Shown in pieces: positions 60,937 to 64,000 of a stretch of 64,000 bases of DNA. A model generated the notes under the pieces. It was not told the origin of the DNA, did not search any database, and worked only from the letters and a program-made list of their open reading frames with translations. Numbering within the stretch: the first letter of the stretch is position 1; each line of letters opens with the position of its first letter. The position numbers and the translations under genes were made by a program. This stretch comes from Tubiluchus corallicola (taxonomy: Eukaryota; Animalia; Priapulida), in the NCBI GenBank assembly GCA_030141605.1, contig JAQGDQ010000264.1, forward strand, positions 248,001 through 312,000. The letters are read 5' to 3'.

Positions 60937-61149
60937 CTAAACATAAAAAGAGACTGATGATTTAAGAACTTAATTAAAAAGGTAGTACAAAAACTGATAA
61001 TACAGGTAATACAGGTAGTGTTTTCAAATGAAATAAACATTAGTACTGTAAGATAGTTGATTGTAATGATTTGTGCCGACACAGTTGCAGCAGTGCTAAT
61101 GAAATTATACTAATCACATTAAATAAACTTTTTTAATCCAATCATTATT

Positions 61150-61403
61150 TTTGGAACAGAAATCGAATCGGGGAGCCTGTCATGGCAAAATTTCATTTGA
61201 ACACGAATCGCTGAAAAATATTTTTGGAAAAATATCGGTTCACGGTGATTATTTTTGCAACTGTTTCCAATTTTCCAGCCTCTTCGTCCCATTTTGTGTC
61301 ATTTTCCACGACTTTTTACCAAATTATCTTTCTCCCTGATTTTTCTATGACTTTCCAGGACAGCCAGTATTTTCAGGAATTTTCCCTGACCGTAGGAACC
61401 CTG
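61150..61403. mobile_element. One-ended MITE relic
   Basis: Terminates ...TTTCCCTGACCGTAGGAACCCTG with repeated TTTTCCA(C/T)GAC-like subterminal motifs; partner end not seen. Confidence 0.45.
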
Positions 61404-61527
61404 TCTTAAAGTGCAGGATCTGTAACTTTATGATGAAATAAATACGAAAGCATCAGCATAAAGAAGTAATTGAATTCTGCAGTCATTTAGAGTCCTTGGA
61501 TTATCAAACATATTAATAATGTAATTC

Positions 61528-61945
61528 TAAAGAGCCGTATATCCCCTTCCGAGAGTCCCACCAGGTGCCGCTATAACGTTTTTTCCGCATGCGTTTGGTC
61601 AAAATTTCGAAAAAAATCGGAGTTGGGTCCGGGAAAACGCCCGTCACGGGATTCCGTGGCCCTCTCGCAAATTCTAAATATGCCTATGACACCCACCGCT
61701 GAACGGGCTATCTATCCATAGCCAGCACCACCCCCGGCCTGTTCCAGTTCTCCAGATCTCAGACGTATAACTTTTGCAAAAAACGGTCGAAAAATGGCCA
61801 TTTTTGGAGGTTTTTCGTCCCGGTGGGCCCGATTCGAAAAATAAACCCCCAATGAGACGACACTAGATCGAGACCTTTCGTTTGATGTATAGATCGCCGC
61901 AAATGGTGCCGTCGTCGAAGCTTTGGCCTCGAATCTTATATATAA
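61528..61945. mobile_element. GC/CpG-rich inserted element, possibly Helentron-associated
   Basis: Sharp compositional contrast with the flanks; motif CTAGATCGAGACCTTTCGTTTGATGTATAG...; ends in TATATATA. Family assignment from recall only. Confidence 0.4.
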
Positions 61946-62804
61946 AGCCAATACCAAGAATATTAATATATAGATTTGTTGTGATGTGATTTAGGAACCT
62001 AATTAAAATGGTAGCACAAAAACTGATAATACAGGTAACACAGGTAGCGTTTTCAAACGAAATAAACATTAGTACTGTAAGATTTTAACAGGTTTAGCAT
62101 CCATTATCGAAAATACTAATAAAACAAAGATTACAGACAAAATCTTGGATGTTGTACTAAAAAATATTTTTTATTCGCTAACAAACAACTACTATATCAT
62201 CATCATCATCATCATCATACGCCCGTCACGTCTATTGTAGACATTGGGCAGGCAGAATTCTAAAATAAAAGAAATCTGCCTTCAGACAGGTAAATGCAGC
62301 AGTAATCCAGCAAAACAAACTAGACACTGCTACATCAGTGGCTTGTCAGCACCACTTCTGTTGAAAACAACTTCTAACCCTTTGCAATTTGCTATTAGCA
62401 ATATGCAACACTCTTCGTAATGTGCAAAAATTGAATAATGCCACAACAAAATACAGAAAAGTGCCCTCCTTATAGTGCTGCTATTACAAAAACTTTAACC
62501 ACCATTATCTTGATAATAAAAATGAAATAAAATAAATAAAAAAATGACAAATTTACTGATGCAAACATGTCGGAAATAAAGTAAACCAACCTTTATTAAT
62601 GTGCCTAGAGCATTCCAAATCTTTTTATCAATCAGAGAATCAGCAAATTTGTTTATATGACAGCCTCTTTTACAGACAGTTTACTTTCCCATCTAAATAT
62701 ATCTAATATCTTGACATTTCTAGGATTAAAACCATGAGATGTATCTTGAAAGTAAAAATCAGGCAAGACTAGTCTTAGGTTACCAAATTTATGAATAGAG
62801 ATCT

Positions 62805-63262
62805 AATGCTTTATTTCACAATATAAAGTTCTCTCAAGATGAGATTTTTCATGCTCTGCACAACCTATCAAGAGCTTTAATTTTTTACTTAAAACTGCAA
62901 TAATAATGCTTCATTTCACAATATAAAGTATGACCAGTTCTCTCAAGATGAGATTTTTCATGCTCTGCACAATCTATCAAGACCTTTAATTTTTTACTTA
63001 AAACTGCAATAATAATGCTTCATTTCACAATATAAAGTATGACCAGTTCTCTCAAGATAAGGTCTTTCATGCTCTGCACAACCTATGAAGAGCATTAATT
63101 TTTTTTATCAAAAACTGCAATAATAATGCTTCATTCACAATATAAAGTATGACCAGTTCTCTCAAGATAAGGTCTTTCATGCTCTGCACAACCTATGAAG
63201 TGCATTAATTTTTTTTATCAAAAACTGCAATAATAATGCTTCATTTCACAATATAAAGTATG
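62805..63262. repeat. ~101-111-bp tandem repeat, ~4.2 copies
   Basis: Recurrent ATGCTTCATTTCACAATATAAAGTATGACCAGTTCTCTCAAGAT...AAAACTGCAATAATA. Confidence 0.93.
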
Positions 63263-63412
63263 ATTTAAGTACTCTTGCAAAAAATTTATGGATAAGGGAA
63301 TGTATAACTGTTTTTGTAATAAAGTGCTATCGAATTGTCTCTACAGCTGAAGAAACTCCATTTTTTTTAAAAACTTTGCAAAATCGGGTTGGATCTAAAG
63401 TATCATAGAACT

Positions 63413-63858
63413 TCATCAAAACTTTGATTCAGACTTTGCTTAAAAACTTTGATTCAGACTTGCATCAAAACTTTGATTCAGACTTGCATCAAAACTTTGA
63501 TTCAGACTTGCATCAAAACTTTGATTCAGATATGCATCAAAACTTTGATTCAGACTTGCATCAAAACTTTGATTCAGACTTGCATCAAAACTTTGATTCA
63601 GATATGCATCAAAACTTTGATTCAGACTTGCATCAAAACTTTGATTCAGACTTTGCTTAGAAACTTTGATTCAGACTTGCATCAAAACTTTGATTCAGAC
63701 TTTGCTTAGAAACTTTGATTCAGACTTGCATCAAAACTTTGACTCAGACTTGCATCAAAACTTTGATTCAGACTTTGCTTAGAAACTTTGATTCAGACTT
63801 TGCTTAGAAATTTTGATTCAGACTTGCATCAAAACTTTGATTCAGACTTTGCTTAGCA
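63413..63858. repeat. 24/25-bp minisatellite, ~18 copies
   Basis: AAAACTTTGATTCAGACTTGCATC with a ...GACTTTGCTTAG variant. Confidence 0.96.
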
Positions 63859-64000
63859 ACTTCAGTTCTAGCAGAACATGGTGACATCTCTGTGAGTAGT
63901 AATCTGTCCCTAATGTTATTACACTATAAATCAACATTTGGAACAGAATTTCACCATTAAAGACTGTCTTGATGCTTCTTGAAATATGACATTTTAAAAC

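Noticed and set aside
62591-62670. Possible further TTC21B exon (…IWNALGTLIK|GTTGGT)
   Set aside because: Poor match to the expected upstream TPR segment and no clear acceptor; the true exon probably lies beyond the window.

Overview
AT-rich, intron-rich animal genomic DNA, probably from an invertebrate bilaterian. It is not prokaryotic, and most entries in the ORF track are microsatellite or minisatellite artefacts. The right 37 kb holds three co-oriented minus-strand genes, reconstructed exon by exon with GT-AG sites and consistent phases. These are the 3' part of TTC21B/IFT139 (11 exons, 45821-60936), four RNF170 RING-ligase exons (37411-42783) and six GCLM exons (27362-34509). The main anomaly is that I cannot find the RNF170 C-terminal membrane exon or the GCLM first exon. 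The remaining ends are both phase 0, so they can splice into one open 414-aa TM-RING-GCLM chimera; a deletion or assembly collapse at the intervening minisatellites is the alternative explanation. A second unusual structure is a TTC21B intron built almost entirely from tandem copies of its own splice donor (about 23 copies) and acceptor (3 copies). Other content includes 5S rRNA-headed SINEs with an RTE-LINE tail, an internally deleted RTE element, many hAT, pogo and piggyBac-type MITEs, a BEL/Pao gag relic, and many mini- and microsatellites. The left ~23 kb has no recognisable exon and looks like a regulatory gene desert. Homologies are from recall of protein and repeat families, not from database searches.
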